Part shown: positions 9,384 through 20,359 of the stretch, one piece after another
How the letters are laid out: every line of letters begins with the position of its first letter
Position numbering within the stretch: the stretch's first letter is position 1
Assembly: GCA_963810935.1 (NCBI GenBank)
Contig: CAWEPK010000001.1
Coordinates: 122,546 to 186,545 of the forward strand
Origin: an uncultured delta proteobacterium
Lineage (GTDB): Bacteria > Desulfobacterota > Syntrophorhabdia > Syntrophorhabdales > WCHB1-27
Direction of reading: 5' to 3'
DNA: 64,000 bases
Notes under the pieces: generated by a model
Database searches by the model: none
What the model saw: only the letters and a program-made list of their open reading frames with translations
What the model was told of the DNA's origin: nothing
Position numbers and translations under genes: made by a program

Positions 9384-11195
9384 CTACCCGTTTAAAGCGG
9401 CGCGGCGGCGTTCGAGATCGCCGAGGATCTGTTTGCGCAGGCGGATGCTGGCGGGGGTGACCTCCACCAGCTCATCGTCGTTGATGTAGGAGATGCACTC
9501 TTCCAGGGTCATCCGAATGTACGGCGTCAGGATGACCGCGTCGTCCGAGCCGGATGCCCGCATGTTCGTAAGCTTCTTGCCCTTGGCCGGGTTGACCACA
9601 AGGTCAGTCTCCCGTGAATGCTCGCCGATAATCTGCCCCTGGTAGACCTTCTCGCCGGGGCCCAGGAAAAGCCGCCCGCGCTCCTGGAGGTTGAACAGCG
9701 CGTAGGCGACGGTCGTGCAGTTATCCATGGCGACGAGGACCCCTTTGGTCCGGTTTCTGATCTCCCCCGCGTATTCGGCGAACCCGGCGAAGACGTAGTT
9801 CATAACACCCATGCCGCGTGTCTCCGTCAGGAACTCCGAGCGGAAGCCGAGGAGCCCCCTGGTCGGTATCCTGTACTTGAGCCGCGCCATGCCGTTCTTC
9901 TGGTCCATCGCGAGGAGCGACCCGCGCCTGCCGCCGAGGTTCTCGATGACCCTGCCCATGTAGTTCTCGTCAACGTCGATGATCAGGTCCTCATAAGGCT
10001 CCAGCGTCTTGCCGCCCTCTTCCCGCAGGATGACGTGCGGGCGGGTTACCTGGAACTCGTATCCTTCCCTGCGCATCTTCTCGATGAGGATCGACAGGTG
10101 CAGCTCGCCTCTGCCGGAGACCTTGTACCCCTGCGCGTCCTCAAGCTCTTCGACGTTGAGGGCCACGTCCGACAGGGTCTCCTTGAAGAGCCTGTCGCGC
10201 AGGTGACGGGACGTGACGTACGTTCCTTCCTTGCCGTAGAAAGGCGAGTCGTTCGGGACGAAGCTCATCGAGACGGTCGGCGGGTCCACCATAATGCCTA
10301 CAAGCGGGATGGGGTTGGCGGCCTCCGTCAGCGTTTCGCCGATCGTGATCGACTCTATACCGGCCACGGCTACGACTTCGCCCGTGCCCGCCTCGTCCGT
10401 CTCCTTCTTCTCCGCGCCCCTGAAGCTGTAAATCTTCCTTACGCGCGCGGGGCGAGGTGTGCTATCCGGCGTGGCTACTACGATTTCCTTGTCTGTACGT
10501 ATGCTGCCGGAAGTGATCTTGCCGATGGCGAGCCTGCCCAGGAAAGGCGAATAGCTGAGCGAGCTTACGAGCATTTGCAAGGGGCCTTCGGGGTCTCCCG
10601 ACGGGGCGGGGACGGACTCCACGATCATATCGAAGAGGGGCATCATCGAGCCGGTCTTCAGGGTGTGGTCGTTAGTGGCATAGCCATCCTTGGCGGAGGC
10701 GAATATGACGGGAAAGTCGAGAATATGGTCGGGCGCTTCCAGTTTTACGAAAAGGTCGAAGACCTCGTCCACGACAGCATCGCAGCGCGCCTGCGGCTTG
10801 TCGATCTTGTTGATGACGACGATCACGGGCAATGCGAGCGCAAGGGCCTTCTTCAGAACGAAATAGGTCTGCGGCATAGGCCCCTCGGCAGCGTCCACGA
10901 GCAAGAGCACGCCGTCTGCCATCTTGAGCACGCGCTCCACCTGCCCACCGAAATCGGCGTGGCCCGGCGTGTCGATGACGTTTATCAGGTGGCCCTTGTA
11001 AAAGAACGAGCCATTCTTGGATGCGATGGTAATGCCCCGCTCCCGCTCCAGGTCCATCGAGTCCATCAAGCGCTCCTCGACAACCTGGTTCTGCCTGAAC
11101 AGGCCGCTCTGCCTGAACAACTGGTCTACGAGCGTTGTTTTACCGTGATCGACGTGTGCTATGATCGCTATATTGCGTATTTTTGACTGTAACAT
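9384..11195 (-). CDS. typA: Translational GTPase TypA/BipA
   Basis: [46 protein letters not shown]. Confidence 0.97.
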   Translation of the reverse strand: MLQSKIRNIAIIAHVDHGKTTLVDQLFRQSGLFRQNQVVEERLMDSMDLERERGITIASKNGSFFYKGHLINVIDTPGHADFGGQVERVLKMADGVLLLVDAAEGPMPQTYFVLKKALALALPVIVVINKIDKPQARCDAVVDEVFDLFVKLEAPDHILDFPVIFASAKDGYATNDHTLKTGSMMPLFDMIVESVPAPSGDPEGPLQMLVSSLSYSPFLGRLAIGKITSGSIRTDKEIVVATPDSTPRPARVRKIYSFRGAEKKETDEAGTGEVVAVAGIESITIGETLTEAANPIPLVGIMVDPPTVSMSFVPNDSPFYGKEGTYVTSRHLRDRLFKETLSDVALNVEELEDAQGYKVSGRGELHLSILIEKMRREGYEFQVTRPHVILREEGGKTLEPYEDLIIDVDENYMGRVIENLGGRRGSLLAMDQKNGMARLKYRIPTRGLLGFRSEFLTETRGMGVMNYVFAGFAEYAGEIRNRTKGVLVAMDNCTTVAYALFNLQERGRLFLGPGEKVYQGQIIGEHSRETDLVVNPAKGKKLTNMRASGSDDAVILTPYIRMTLEECISYINDDELVEVTPASIRLRKQILGDLERRRAALNG

Positions 11196-11356
11196 GGTCC
11201 CTTTTGGCGCACCCGAATGACTTATTGTCGAGGGGTCTTGACTACGAGGCAATAGTATACAATAAAATCGTGCGATAATCAAGGGTTTGAACGTGCTTTT
11301 GCGATGAGGTGAGGGGTGATCATCCCGGCTCAAAAGGAGGGGACGGGCCGGCTGCC

Positions 11357-11731
11357 CTAGTTGATGCCGGTCGCCGCCCGGTCCAGCAGGCCGTTCAGGT
11401 AGTCGGCGCAGGGCACGATAGTACCGTCCCCGAGCCGGATCGTATACAGGGCGCCCGTCGTGGAGGAGCGCGTGGCTATACGTGCGACGAACTCCCTCGA
11501 CGTCTGCACCTTATCGCGGTTCGCCTCCCATTTCCGTTTCAGGAACCACGCGGCCGTTTTCGAGCTGTACGCCTTGCCGTTTCTGACGAACCGGGCGTCC
11601 GTCATGCCTTCCACGTGCTTTAACAATCCTTCTATCTTCTGTTGCTCATCCGGGCTGACCGCAGCCTGCCCGAAGGCCGCAACGAGCAGTAGTATAGCTG
11701 CCCCTGAAATGACCGTCCTGCCGAATACCAC
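11357..11731 (-). CDS. Exported hypothetical protein (DUF5329-like); start uncertain
   Basis: Signal peptide, then FVRNG...KW...FVARIATRSSTTG..Y. Confidence 0.65.
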   Translation of the reverse strand: MVFGRTVISGAAILLLVAAFGQAAVSPDEQQKIEGLLKHVEGMTDARFVRNGKAYSSKTAAWFLKRKWEANRDKVQTSREFVARIATRSSTTGALYTIRLGDGTIVPCADYLNGLLDRAATGIN

Positions 11732-11920
11732 TTTCCTTATGTTCTCCTTCCTGCCTCCTCGACGTAAGCGTAATGGTATTATTGCAACTGTGCCTCTGCC
11801 TGTCAACGGCGGGTTTCCCTTATTATTTTCTTGCGCCGCCGCCCGGTTGCGATAATAATATGTAAAAGCTTTCACAACCAGAGGCTCACTTGAGCCCGAA
11901 AGGAATAAGGAGGTGCCGTA

Positions 11921-12476
11921 ATGGCGCGAGTCACGGGGAGGGAAGAGAAAAAGAAAAAGATTATCGAAGTCCTCAACAAAGCGAGGGCTATGGAGACTGC
12001 AAGCAATTCACCAATACATGATCCAGCACTATAACCTGGACAACTGGGACTACGGCGAGCTGGCAATGAACGTGAAGCTGGTCGCAATCGACGAGATGCG
12101 CCATGCCGAGATGCTTGCGGACAGGATCGAGGAGCTAAGCGCAGAGCCGACGAGCGACCTCGCTGACCGCGTTGAAAGAGGCCAGCCGGTCGAGGCCGTT
12201 TTTACCTTCGACATGCAGCTCGAGGACGACACGATTGCGGTCTACAACGACTTCATCCGCATTTGCAGGGAGAACGGAGACAGCATAAGCGAAAAGCTGT
12301 TTCAACTGCTGAATGATGAGGAGCAGATACACTACAACTACTTCGATAACGTGGCCGAGCACATAGAGAAGCTGGGGCAGACGTATTTGGCGAAAATAGC
12401 CGGGACGCCCTCCGCTACAGGCCTGAATACTCAAGGGTTTGTGGCAAGGCAGAGCGGCGGAGCGCCTGCCGCGTAA
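11921..12476 (+). CDS. bfr: Bacterioferritin / ferritin-like protein (apparent +1 error near 11996)
   Basis: ATG 11921 with RBS AGGAGG gives MARVTGREEKKKKIIEVLNKARAME, then (+1) LQAIHQYMIQHY; ExxH motifs DEMRHAE and DEEQIH. Confidence 0.85.
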
Positions 12477-12513
12477 CGTGCGCCGGGCTGAAAAACGTGG
12501 TTTGAGAGGTCTT

Positions 12514-12792
12514 TTAGCGCTTCGTCCTTTCGAAACCTTCCTCTACGTATACGCCGACCGCGTAGAACCCGTCTACCTCTTTGGCGTATTCGTAAGGGTT
12601 CCTCTCTTCCGGGACCGCCTGCAAATGCGCGCCTTCAGGGACGGGGATGTCGAGCAGGGGCATCTCCGCCTCCCGCAACCCCGTAACGACAACCCGCACA
12701 GTGGGCCGTGTATCGCTCCAGGGGACCAGGTAAGCGTGGCCCTTGTGGTCGTACCAGCCCAAGAGTCTTATGTGGGTCCAGTCCATCTTCAT
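12514..12792 (-). CDS. Small hypothetical protein (internal frame uncertain)
   Basis: 92-aa ORF co-oriented with the adjacent zinc-ribbon gene. Confidence 0.45.
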   Translation of the reverse strand: MKMDWTHIRLLGWYDHKGHAYLVPWSDTRPTVRVVVTGLREAEMPLLDIPVPEGAHLQAVPEERNPYEYAKEVDGFYAVGVYVEEGFERTKR

Positions 12793-12816
12793 AATTGTTC
12801 TTCCCCAGGGGCAAAG

Positions 12817-13002
12817 TCAGTCCTTGGCGGCCTCTATCTTCGCAATCTGTTCCCGCACCTCCTGCAGCATGTGGCCGTGCAGCGTCAGCTTGAGCTTGCA
12901 AAAGGGGCATTCGATCTGGGCCCCTTCCACCATTTCATCGACCGGGTAATCCTTCTTCCTCCCGCAGACGGGACAGCCGAAGGATATGGTTTTACTCGTC
13001 AT
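12817..13002 (-). CDS. Small CxxC...CxxC zinc-ribbon protein
   Basis: CPVCG and CPFC; RBS AAGGAG before ATG 13002. Confidence 0.7.
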   Translation of the reverse strand: MTSKTISFGCPVCGRKKDYPVDEMVEGAQIECPFCKLKLTLHGHMLQEVREQIAKIEAAKD

Positions 13003-13147
13003 AGCGTCTCCTTTGCTCTTTCCCCATTGTAACATCTTGGCTCGAAAAATGACAACAGAAGCAAAGTGAGGCTAAAGCATCTTTGTTTTCAGGGTATTTG
13101 TTATTCGGCTTTAATTACGGGGAAAAGGCGCGGGAATATCCCGGCCC

Positions 13148-14326
13148 TTACCCGTAAAGCTTACCGACTTCCAGAAAGGCTTCCCTCGACTTCTCGATCA
13201 CGTCCATTTCCGTACAGAAGGCGATCCTGAAATAGCCCTTCCTCCCGAAGCCCACGCCCGGCACCGCCAAAATCCTGTGCTGCTGCAGGACCCTGATGAA
13301 CTCGACGTCGTCGGCTATGGGCGACTTCGGAAAAATGTAGAACGTCCCTTCCGGCTTCAGGACCTTGAAACCCGACTGGACGAGGATATTGTAGATCGCG
13401 TCCCTTTTCTGCTGGTAGCCCATCACGTCGACGCTGTTCTTCTGGAACCTGCCGACCAGCCGCTGCATCAGCGCGGGCGCGTTGATGAAGCCGAGTATCC
13501 TGTTCGCAAAGATCATGGCGTCGATCAGCGGCTTCGCGTCTTCCAGCCGCGGCGAGACGGCAATGTAGCCTATGCGCTCGCCGGCGAGCCCCAGGTCTTT
13601 CGAGTGGGAGAAGACCGAGATCGTGTCTTCATACAGGTTGAAGGCGTCGGGCAGCACAATGCCGTCGAAGACGATCTTGCGGTAGGCCTCATCGGAGATG
13701 AGGAATATTCTGCGGCCCTCCCGCTTTTTGCGCGCAAGAAGGTCGGAGAGCGCGCGCAGCTCGTCTTCATGGTAGACCGTACCCGTCGGGTTGTTCGGCG
13801 AGTTGACTATGATCGCCTTTGTCCTGTCCGTTATGGCAGCCTCGACGGCCACCGTGTCGATGCGGAAATCTTCGGTCGTCTCGACAAGGCGCATCACCCC
13901 GCCGTGGTTCTCTATGTAAAACATGAATTCAACGAAGAAGGGCGACAGCACCAACACCTCGTCGCCGGGGTCGAGTATCGCCTTGAGCACCACGTTTATG
14001 CCGCCGGCGGAGCCTACCGTCATGATGATATGGTCCTGGGTGAAGGGAAGACGTGAGTTTTCCCTGTGGAAGCCCGCTATCTGTGCGCGTACTTCCTCAT
14101 AGCCGCCGTTCGACATATAGCGGTGCATCCCCCGCGTCCCGGAGATGACCATGTCGCACAGTTCCTTCTTCAGCTCCTGGGGCGGCTCCGCGATGGGGTT
14201 GCCGAGGGTAAAGTCGAAAACCGAGTCCGCGCCATAGGCCTTCTTCAGCCTCTCGCCCTCTTCGAACATCGCCCTTATCCAGGACGAGCTTTCCATGAGC
14301 TTTGTTATCCTGTTCGACGTAACCAA
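13148..14326 (-). CDS. PLP-dependent class I/II aminotransferase (probably aromatic amino acid)
   Basis: NSPNNPTG, SDEAYR, SHSKDLGLAGERIG; in the operon behind the Tyr/Phe leader. Confidence 0.92.
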   Translation of the reverse strand: MVTSNRITKLMESSSWIRAMFEEGERLKKAYGADSVFDFTLGNPIAEPPQELKKELCDMVISGTRGMHRYMSNGGYEEVRAQIAGFHRENSRLPFTQDHIIMTVGSAGGINVVLKAILDPGDEVLVLSPFFVEFMFYIENHGGVMRLVETTEDFRIDTVAVEAAITDRTKAIIVNSPNNPTGTVYHEDELRALSDLLARKKREGRRIFLISDEAYRKIVFDGIVLPDAFNLYEDTISVFSHSKDLGLAGERIGYIAVSPRLEDAKPLIDAMIFANRILGFINAPALMQRLVGRFQKNSVDVMGYQQKRDAIYNILVQSGFKVLKPEGTFYIFPKSPIADDVEFIRVLQQHRILAVPGVGFGRKGYFRIAFCTEMDVIEKSREAFLEVGKLYG

Positions 14327-14330
14327 CCCT

Positions 14331-15521
14331 CTACCTCCCGTTGTAGCGCTTGCCCGCCCTCAAGAAACCGGGCCGCGCCTTAACTATCGTCTCCATCGGC
14401 ACGCAATAGGCTATGCGGAAATATCCGGGCCTGCCGAAACCGCGCCCGGGCACCATCAGTATCCTCTCTTCTTCCTGCGTCCTGAAAACGAACTCCACCT
14501 CGTCCTCGATGGGCGACTTCGGAAACATGTAGAAGGCGCCTTCCGGCTTCACGCACTCGAAGCCCGCTTCCGTGATCGTATCGTAGAGGAAATCCCTGCG
14601 CTGCTTGTAATCATCGATGCTGACCGAGTTCCTCTGGAACTCTCCGACCACGCGCTGCATCAGGGCAGGGGCGTTGACAAAGCCGAGCGCACGTATGGCG
14701 ATCATGAGGCCCGAGACGAGAAGCTGCGCGTCGGCGATGCGCGGCGAGATGGCGACATATCCTATCCTCTCTCCGGGTAGGGCCAGATCCTTCGAATGGG
14801 ACGTAACGGTCATTACGAGGTCGTAAAGTCCGAAAAGGTCCGGCAGGGGCGCGTCCGTATAGACGAGCTTCCTGTAAGCCTCGTCCGCGACCATGAATAT
14901 CTCGCGCCCTTTTCGTCTCTCCGCCATAAGCATCTCTGAAAGCCCTTTCAGGCTCTCGGCCGAATAGACGGCGCCCGTCGGGTTGTTAGGGCTGTTTATC
15001 AGCACCGCCTTTGTCCTGTTCGTGATCGCCGCCCCTATGGCCGCCAGGTCGAGCTGGAAATCGGGCCGCGTCTGGACTATCTTCGGTATTGCTCCGAAAT
15101 TCTCTATGTAGTTTTTGAACTCCCAGAAAAAAGGCGACGGCAGTATGATCTCGTCGCCCCGGTTCAGCATTGCCTTGAAGAGTATGTTGAGCCCGCCGGC
15201 GCAGCCGACCGTCATGAACACGTGCGTCGCAGTGAAGGACAGGCCGGACCGCTCGGAAAGGTAGGCCGCGATTTCCTCGCGCACCGTCTCGTACCCGTTG
15301 TTCGGCATGTAGCGGTGCATCCCGACCGTGGCGCATTCCAGGGTCTCGATCAGCCGGGCGCGCAAGCCGGCTGGGGGCTCGATGTCGGGGTTGCCCAGCG
15401 AGAAGTCATAGACGTTCTCGACGCCGTACTCCTTCTTCATGCGGATGCCCGCCTCGAACATCTTCCGCGTCCAGCCTTCCTGGTCCATCACCAGTTTTCT
15501 GATCTTGTTCGAAAGGATCAC
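14331..15521 (-). CDS. PLP-dependent class I/II aminotransferase, tandem paralog
   Basis: NSPNNPTG, ADEAYR, SHSKDLALPGERIG; RBS GGAGG before GTG. Confidence 0.92.
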   Translation of the reverse strand: MILSNKIRKLVMDQEGWTRKMFEAGIRMKKEYGVENVYDFSLGNPDIEPPAGLRARLIETLECATVGMHRYMPNNGYETVREEIAAYLSERSGLSFTATHVFMTVGCAGGLNILFKAMLNRGDEIILPSPFFWEFKNYIENFGAIPKIVQTRPDFQLDLAAIGAAITNRTKAVLINSPNNPTGAVYSAESLKGLSEMLMAERRKGREIFMVADEAYRKLVYTDAPLPDLFGLYDLVMTVTSHSKDLALPGERIGYVAISPRIADAQLLVSGLMIAIRALGFVNAPALMQRVVGEFQRNSVSIDDYKQRRDFLYDTITEAGFECVKPEGAFYMFPKSPIEDEVEFVFRTQEEERILMVPGRGFGRPGYFRIAYCVPMETIVKARPGFLRAGKRYNGR

Positions 15522-15534
15522 CTAACCCTCCAAT

Positions 15535-15638
15535 AAAAGAGGCCGTGAAATCCACGGCCTCCTGTATAAACTAAAAGGCCATGGGCCGTTTGCACCCATG
15601 GCCTTATGCCCCTCGCGGAGCACCAAGTCACGGGTGCA
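15535..15638 (-). promoter_or_regulatory. Transcription attenuator with two tandem terminators
   Basis: Minus strand: TGCACCCGTG (15638-29) pairs with CATGGGTGCA (15600-591). Terminator 1 AAGGCCATGGG/CCCATGGCCTT-TT (15605-15573). Terminator 2 GAGGCCGTGG/TCACGGCCTC-TTTT (15561-15535). Confidence 0.82.
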
Positions 15639-15675
15639 TGCTAAAGAAGTAAAAATAGACCTTGGTGCGGTTCAT
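15628..15675 (-). CDS. Tyr/Phe-rich attenuator leader peptide MNRTKVYFYFFSMHP (15 aa)
   Basis: ATG AAC CGC ACC AAG GTC TAT TTT TAC TTC TTT AGC ATG CAC CCG TGA; ATG follows the -10 box by 6 nt (probably leaderless). Confidence 0.82.
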   Translation of the reverse strand: MNRTKVYFYFFSMHP

Positions 15676-15681
15676 AGCGTT

Positions 15682-15710
15682 AATATACGATTATCCCATT
15701 CAGGTGTCAA
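15682..15710 (-). promoter_or_regulatory. Sigma70 promoter of the leader / aminotransferase operon
   Basis: TTGACA-N17-TATATT. Confidence 0.75.
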
Positions 15711-15783
15711 GTTAAATCGGGGGCCTACACGAGCCGGCGGCCCGGCTCGGCGCACGAACAAAAGGCTTACAGGTGCTCCCCGT

Positions 15784-17404
15784 CTAGAGCTTAAACCCGC
15801 TTACCACGTTCTTCAGTGCTCCCGACAGTGCGGTCAACTCACCCGAGGCCCGGGCAGTCTGCTGTGAGCTGGAGGACGTTTCACGCGCAACGATGGCGAT
15901 CTGCTCTATCTCCTTGGTGATTTCCTCAGAAGCGGCGCTCATCTCCATGTTTGCCGAGGCGATTTGATGGATGATCGATTGGAGGCCGTCCACGCTCGTT
16001 ACAATGGAAGCAAGGGCGCCGCCCGCTTCCCCGGACAGCCTCACGCCCTGATCGACCCTCGCTGCCGTATCCCTCATGGTATCTATCACTTTGACCACTT
16101 CATTTTGGATCCCATTTATCATCGTCCCTATTTCGGACGTGGATGCCGCCGTGCGCTCAGCCAGTTTTCGCACCTCGTCCGCGACTACGGCGAAGCCCCT
16201 GCCCTGTTCCCCAGCCCTGGCGGCCTCGATTGCCGCATTGAGTGCCAGGAGGTTCGTCTGGTCGGCGATGTCGGCTATCACCGCGACAATCTCGCCGATC
16301 TGCTTGGATTTCTCTTCCAGAGACCGCACAAAGCGGGAGGAATCGTTTACTGTGGACGCGATTTCTTTCACTTCCTTTACCGCTCTGTTGACGATATCTT
16401 CACCCTCCCGGGCGGTCCTGGCTGCGCCATTTGCAGACTCGGAGACGTCGCTCGCATTTTTCGCCACATCGAGCACCGTCTGGGACATTTCCTCGGAAGA
16501 AGTGGAAACTAAAGTTGTCCGTTCAGCTTGGGCGGAGGACGCCTTCGACATTTGTTCTGCGCTTGCGCTTAACTCCGTCGCTGCCGACTCAAGGGAATCA
16601 GCCGTCTCCTTGATCCTGCCGATAATACCCCTCCACTTATTAGCCATATTTTTCATCGAAATCAGGAGCTTGCCTACCTCATCCTGTCTGTCCGACGTTA
16701 TCATAACGTCAAGCTCCCCGTTTGCGAGCCTGTCCGATATCTTTACACTTTCCGCCAGAGGCACGGTTATGTTCCGTTTGAGGAGGAGCGTGGCAACAAC
16801 GCAACAGGCGAGGGTAATTATGCCGAAGGCGATAAGGAACAAGCGATAAGTCGCGCTCTGCTTCAGGGCATTGGCATGGGCGGCGTCCATATCCTGCTTT
16901 TGTAACGCCGCCAGACGTTCCAGCAAGGCGATACTGTTAAAAGAGATGGGGAGCGTCTCGCTGGCGTAGATACTTCCTGGCTTCTTCGTTCTTGCCTGAC
17001 TTCAACAACTCCAGGATATTATCGTTCGATAGCTTACCCTTGGCCGACGATTCTTTATACCGCCGGAGCAGGTCCGTGCCCCCTTCGGTCTGCTCCAGTT
17101 TATCGAGCTCCGCCATCAACCGGCCAAGCTCCTGCCTCTTTTCGACCAGTCTTCGAGTCCACTCTTCCACGACCCCCGCATCGGCGGCTATCAGCTTCAC
17201 TCCGAAACAAAGGAAGATAGCATTCACGGTTTTGATTGCCTGGTTAGTGTTCTGGACCCTGAGCACATCGCGTTTCATGACCTGGTCGAATTTCCCGTCC
17301 ATCTGCTTCATGTTCACGAAGGCAAGGGCCAGAACAAGCATGGTTATGAAAGTGAGGACCGAGAAAGCAACGGTGAGTTTTTGTCCAATGTTGAGACTTT
17401 TCAC
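15784..17404 (-). CDS. Methyl-accepting chemotaxis protein (apparent +1 error near 16972)
   Basis: TM and four-helix sensor (16937..17404), then TM-HAMP-MCP signal domain ([37 protein letters not shown]). Confidence 0.92.
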
Positions 17405-17602
17405 AGCGCCAACCTCCTTTTTTGTGCAAACAAGCCTATCGTCCGGGGCGGCCTCACTTTATCTTATCGGATAGGGTCCCGCACCGCTTAAATGACAAGT
17501 AACGACAAGGCCGCCCGGCGCCTCGTCTGCGTCATTCATTCGCATTGACATCGCTTCGCTCCCGTATTAATTTTCCTATAAACGGCGGTAAAGGACGGAA
17601 TT

Positions 17603-19441
17603 ATGGAGCGAGGGGCGATAGAGTATCTCGAAAGCCTGGCCAAACTGGTCCGCTACTACATACTTTTGGCGACGAGCAAGGCTGGGTCCGGACACCCCAC
17701 TTCCTCGCTCTCCGCAACGGACCTTATCACGACCCTCATGTTCGGGGGCTTCTTCCTCTATGACCCCGCGCGGCCGTCGCTGCCCAATAACGACCGCTTT
17801 ATCCTGTCGAAAGGCCACGCGTCTCCGCTGCTTTACGCCCTGTGGACCGTGGCAGGGCAGGTGAGCGAAGAGGAGCTTCTGCGCTACAGGACCTTCGGCA
17901 GCCCGTTGGAGGGCCACCCTACGCCCCACTTCAAGTACGCGGACGTGGCCACCGGGTCGCTGGGCCAGGGGCTCTCCATCGGCGTCGGTATGGCACTCAA
18001 TGCCAAGTACCTCGACAGGCTGCCGCACCGCACTTACGTCCTCCTGGGCGACAGCGAGATGGCCGAAGGGTCGAACTGGGAGGCCATGGAGATCGCAGCG
18101 CACTATAAGCTGGATAACCTCGTGGGTATAATCGACGTCAACCGCCTCGGCCAGAGAGGCGAGACGATGTACGGCTGGGACGTCGAGGTGTACGACAGGC
18201 GTGCCACAGCCTTCGGCTGGCAGACCATCGTTATCGACGGGCACGACTACGCCCGGATCTTCGCCGCGTTCAAGCAGGCCCTCGAGGCGAAAGAAAAGCC
18301 CGTAATGATAATAGCCCGCACGATCAAGGGCAAAGGCGTGCCCGCAGTCGAGAACAAGAACGGCTGGCACGGAAAAGTGCTTAAAAAAGAAGATATCGAC
18401 GAGGCAATAAAAGGCTTCGGGCCGCTGGATAAGTCGCTCCGGGGGCAGATAGCGCAGCCCCAGGACCTGGAGCCCCCCAAGCGCAGCCGCGCCGAGGCCG
18501 CGCAGCCGGATTATAAGGCCGGTGAGGCCGTCGCCACGCGCAAGGCATACGGGAACGCGCTGAAGCGCATATACCCGGCTTTCCCCGATATCGTCGCTCT
18601 CGACGGGGAAGTGAACAACTCGACGTACGCCGAGATATTCGAAGAGGCTTTCCCGGACCGGTTTTTCGAGATGTTCATAGCGGAGCAGAACATGGTGGGC
18701 GCAGCGGTCGGCCTCTCGGCAAGGGGTAAGCTCCCCTTCGTCTCGACGTTCGCCGCTTTCCTGACGCGCGCCTTTGACCAGATACGGATGAGCCGCTACT
18801 CGAACGCGAACGTAAAGTTCGTCGGGTCGCATGCAGGCGTCTCCATAGGGCAGGACGGTCCGTCGCAGATGGGCCTCGAAGACATAGCCATGTTCAGGAA
18901 CATCGCGGACGCAGTCATCCTCTATCCGGCCGATGCATATGCAACCGAGAGGTGCGTCGAGCTGGCCGCAGGCCACCGGGGCATCGTCTATCTCAGGACC
19001 AACAGGGGAGCTACGCCGGTCATCTACGGGGCCGCTGAGACATTCGAGATAGGCGGCCTGAAAGTGCTGAAGAAAAGCGGCGGCGACCGTCTCTGCGTGA
19101 TCGGCGGCGGCGTGACGCTCTTCGAGGCGCTTGCCGCATACGACGAGCTTAAGAAAGATGGCGTCCCGATCCGGGTGATCGACCTCTACTGCGTCAAGCC
19201 CATCGATGGCGCCCGTCTCATGGAGGCGCTGTCGGGGTTAAGCATTGTCGTTACAGTGGAGGACCACCACCCCGAAGGGGGGATAGGCGAGGCCGTGCGC
19301 TCCGCGCTGGCCGCCCCCACAATCACAGTCCACAGCCTGGCGGTGCGGAAGGTCCCGAAAAGCGGCAGCCCATCCGAGCTTCTCGATTACGAGGAGATAT
19401 CGCGCAGCGCCATCGTAAAAAAGGTGAAGGAGCTATTATGA
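17603..19441 (+). CDS. tkt: Transketolase (short, about 612 aa type)
   Basis: SGHPTSS, SKGHA, TGSLGQG, GDSEMAEG, EQNM, GQDGPSQM. Confidence 0.95.
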   Translation: MERGAIEYLESLAKLVRYYILLATSKAGSGHPTSSLSATDLITTLMFGGFFLYDPARPSLPNNDRFILSKGHASPLLYALWTVAGQVSEEELLRYRTFGSPLEGHPTPHFKYADVATGSLGQGLSIGVGMALNAKYLDRLPHRTYVLLGDSEMAEGSNWEAMEIAAHYKLDNLVGIIDVNRLGQRGETMYGWDVEVYDRRATAFGWQTIVIDGHDYARIFAAFKQALEAKEKPVMIIARTIKGKGVPAVENKNGWHGKVLKKEDIDEAIKGFGPLDKSLRGQIAQPQDLEPPKRSRAEAAQPDYKAGEAVATRKAYGNALKRIYPAFPDIVALDGEVNNSTYAEIFEEAFPDRFFEMFIAEQNMVGAAVGLSARGKLPFVSTFAAFLTRAFDQIRMSRYSNANVKFVGSHAGVSIGQDGPSQMGLEDIAMFRNIADAVILYPADAYATERCVELAAGHRGIVYLRTNRGATPVIYGAAETFEIGGLKVLKKSGGDRLCVIGGGVTLFEALAAYDELKKDGVPIRVIDLYCVKPIDGARLMEALSGLSIVVTVEDHHPEGGIGEAVRSALAAPTITVHSLAVRKVPKSGSPSELLDYEEISRSAIVKKVKELL

Positions 19442-20301
19442 GGCCGCAGCAGCTTAAGACGCGCATCTTCCTGGACGGGGGAAACACCGACGAGACGGAA
19501 GAGGCGATACGTACCCTGGGGTTCCTCGACGGCCAGACGACGAACCCTACGCTCATCTCAAAGAACCCCGGCATCCGGGAGCGTATTCAGCGGGGTGAAA
19601 AGTTCACTCCCGAAACCATCACGGAATTTTACAGGCAGACGGTCAATAAGATCTCGGTCATGGTCCCCAGGGGCTCCGTCTCAATTGAGGTCTTCTCGGA
19701 CAGGAGAACGAAGGCGGAGCAGATGCTGAAGCAGGGCAGGGAGATGTTCGGTTGGATACCTAACGCCCACATCAAATTCCCCACGTCCGCCGAGGGGCTC
19801 AAGGCTGCCTCGATTGCCGTTAAAGAAGGGATGCGCGTCAACATGACCCTCTGCTTCACGCAGAGCCAGGCTGCGGCAGTCTACGCTGCGACGAGGGGCG
19901 CCCGCCGGGGCGACGTTTTCGTCTCGCCTTTCATAGGAAGGCTCGACGATAAAGGCGAGAAAGGTATGGACCTCATTGCCAATATACTCAAAATGTACAG
20001 TGAAGGCGACGGCCACGTGGAGGTGCTTACTGCGAGCGTAAGGAGCGTCGAGCACGTACTCGCCGCCGTCGCACTCGGCACGGATATTCTCACCGCGCCC
20101 TTCGAAGTGCTCAAATCGTGGAGCGAAGAGGGCCTGCCGGTACCCGGTGAGGGTTACAAGTACGCGCCCCCCGGCCTTAAAGCCATCCGCTACCAAAAAG
20201 TCGACCTTTCGAAGGATTGGCCCGAATACGATATAAAGCACGAGCTGACCGATAAAGGTATGGAGCGTTTCTCACAGGACTGGAACTCGCTCATAAAATG
20301 A
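19438..20301 (+). CDS. tal: Transaldolase-family protein
   Basis: IFLDG, GQTTNPTLI, HIKFP, VNMTLCF, FVSPFIGRLDD. Confidence 0.92.
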   Translation: MRPQQLKTRIFLDGGNTDETEEAIRTLGFLDGQTTNPTLISKNPGIRERIQRGEKFTPETITEFYRQTVNKISVMVPRGSVSIEVFSDRRTKAEQMLKQGREMFGWIPNAHIKFPTSAEGLKAASIAVKEGMRVNMTLCFTQSQAAAVYAATRGARRGDVFVSPFIGRLDDKGEKGMDLIANILKMYSEGDGHVEVLTASVRSVEHVLAAVALGTDILTAPFEVLKSWSEEGLPVPGEGYKYAPPGLKAIRYQKVDLSKDWPEYDIKHELTDKGMERFSQDWNSLIK

Positions 20302-20359
20302 CGCGCATGCCCAAAGACCCCATTCCCATCCAATCACGTCCGCCGGAGGCAGCCGTAAC

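Noticed and set aside
11840..11875. Fur/PerR-like box upstream of bacterioferritin (GATAATAATATGTAA)
   Set aside because: Only a half-match and it coincides with a likely -10 region.
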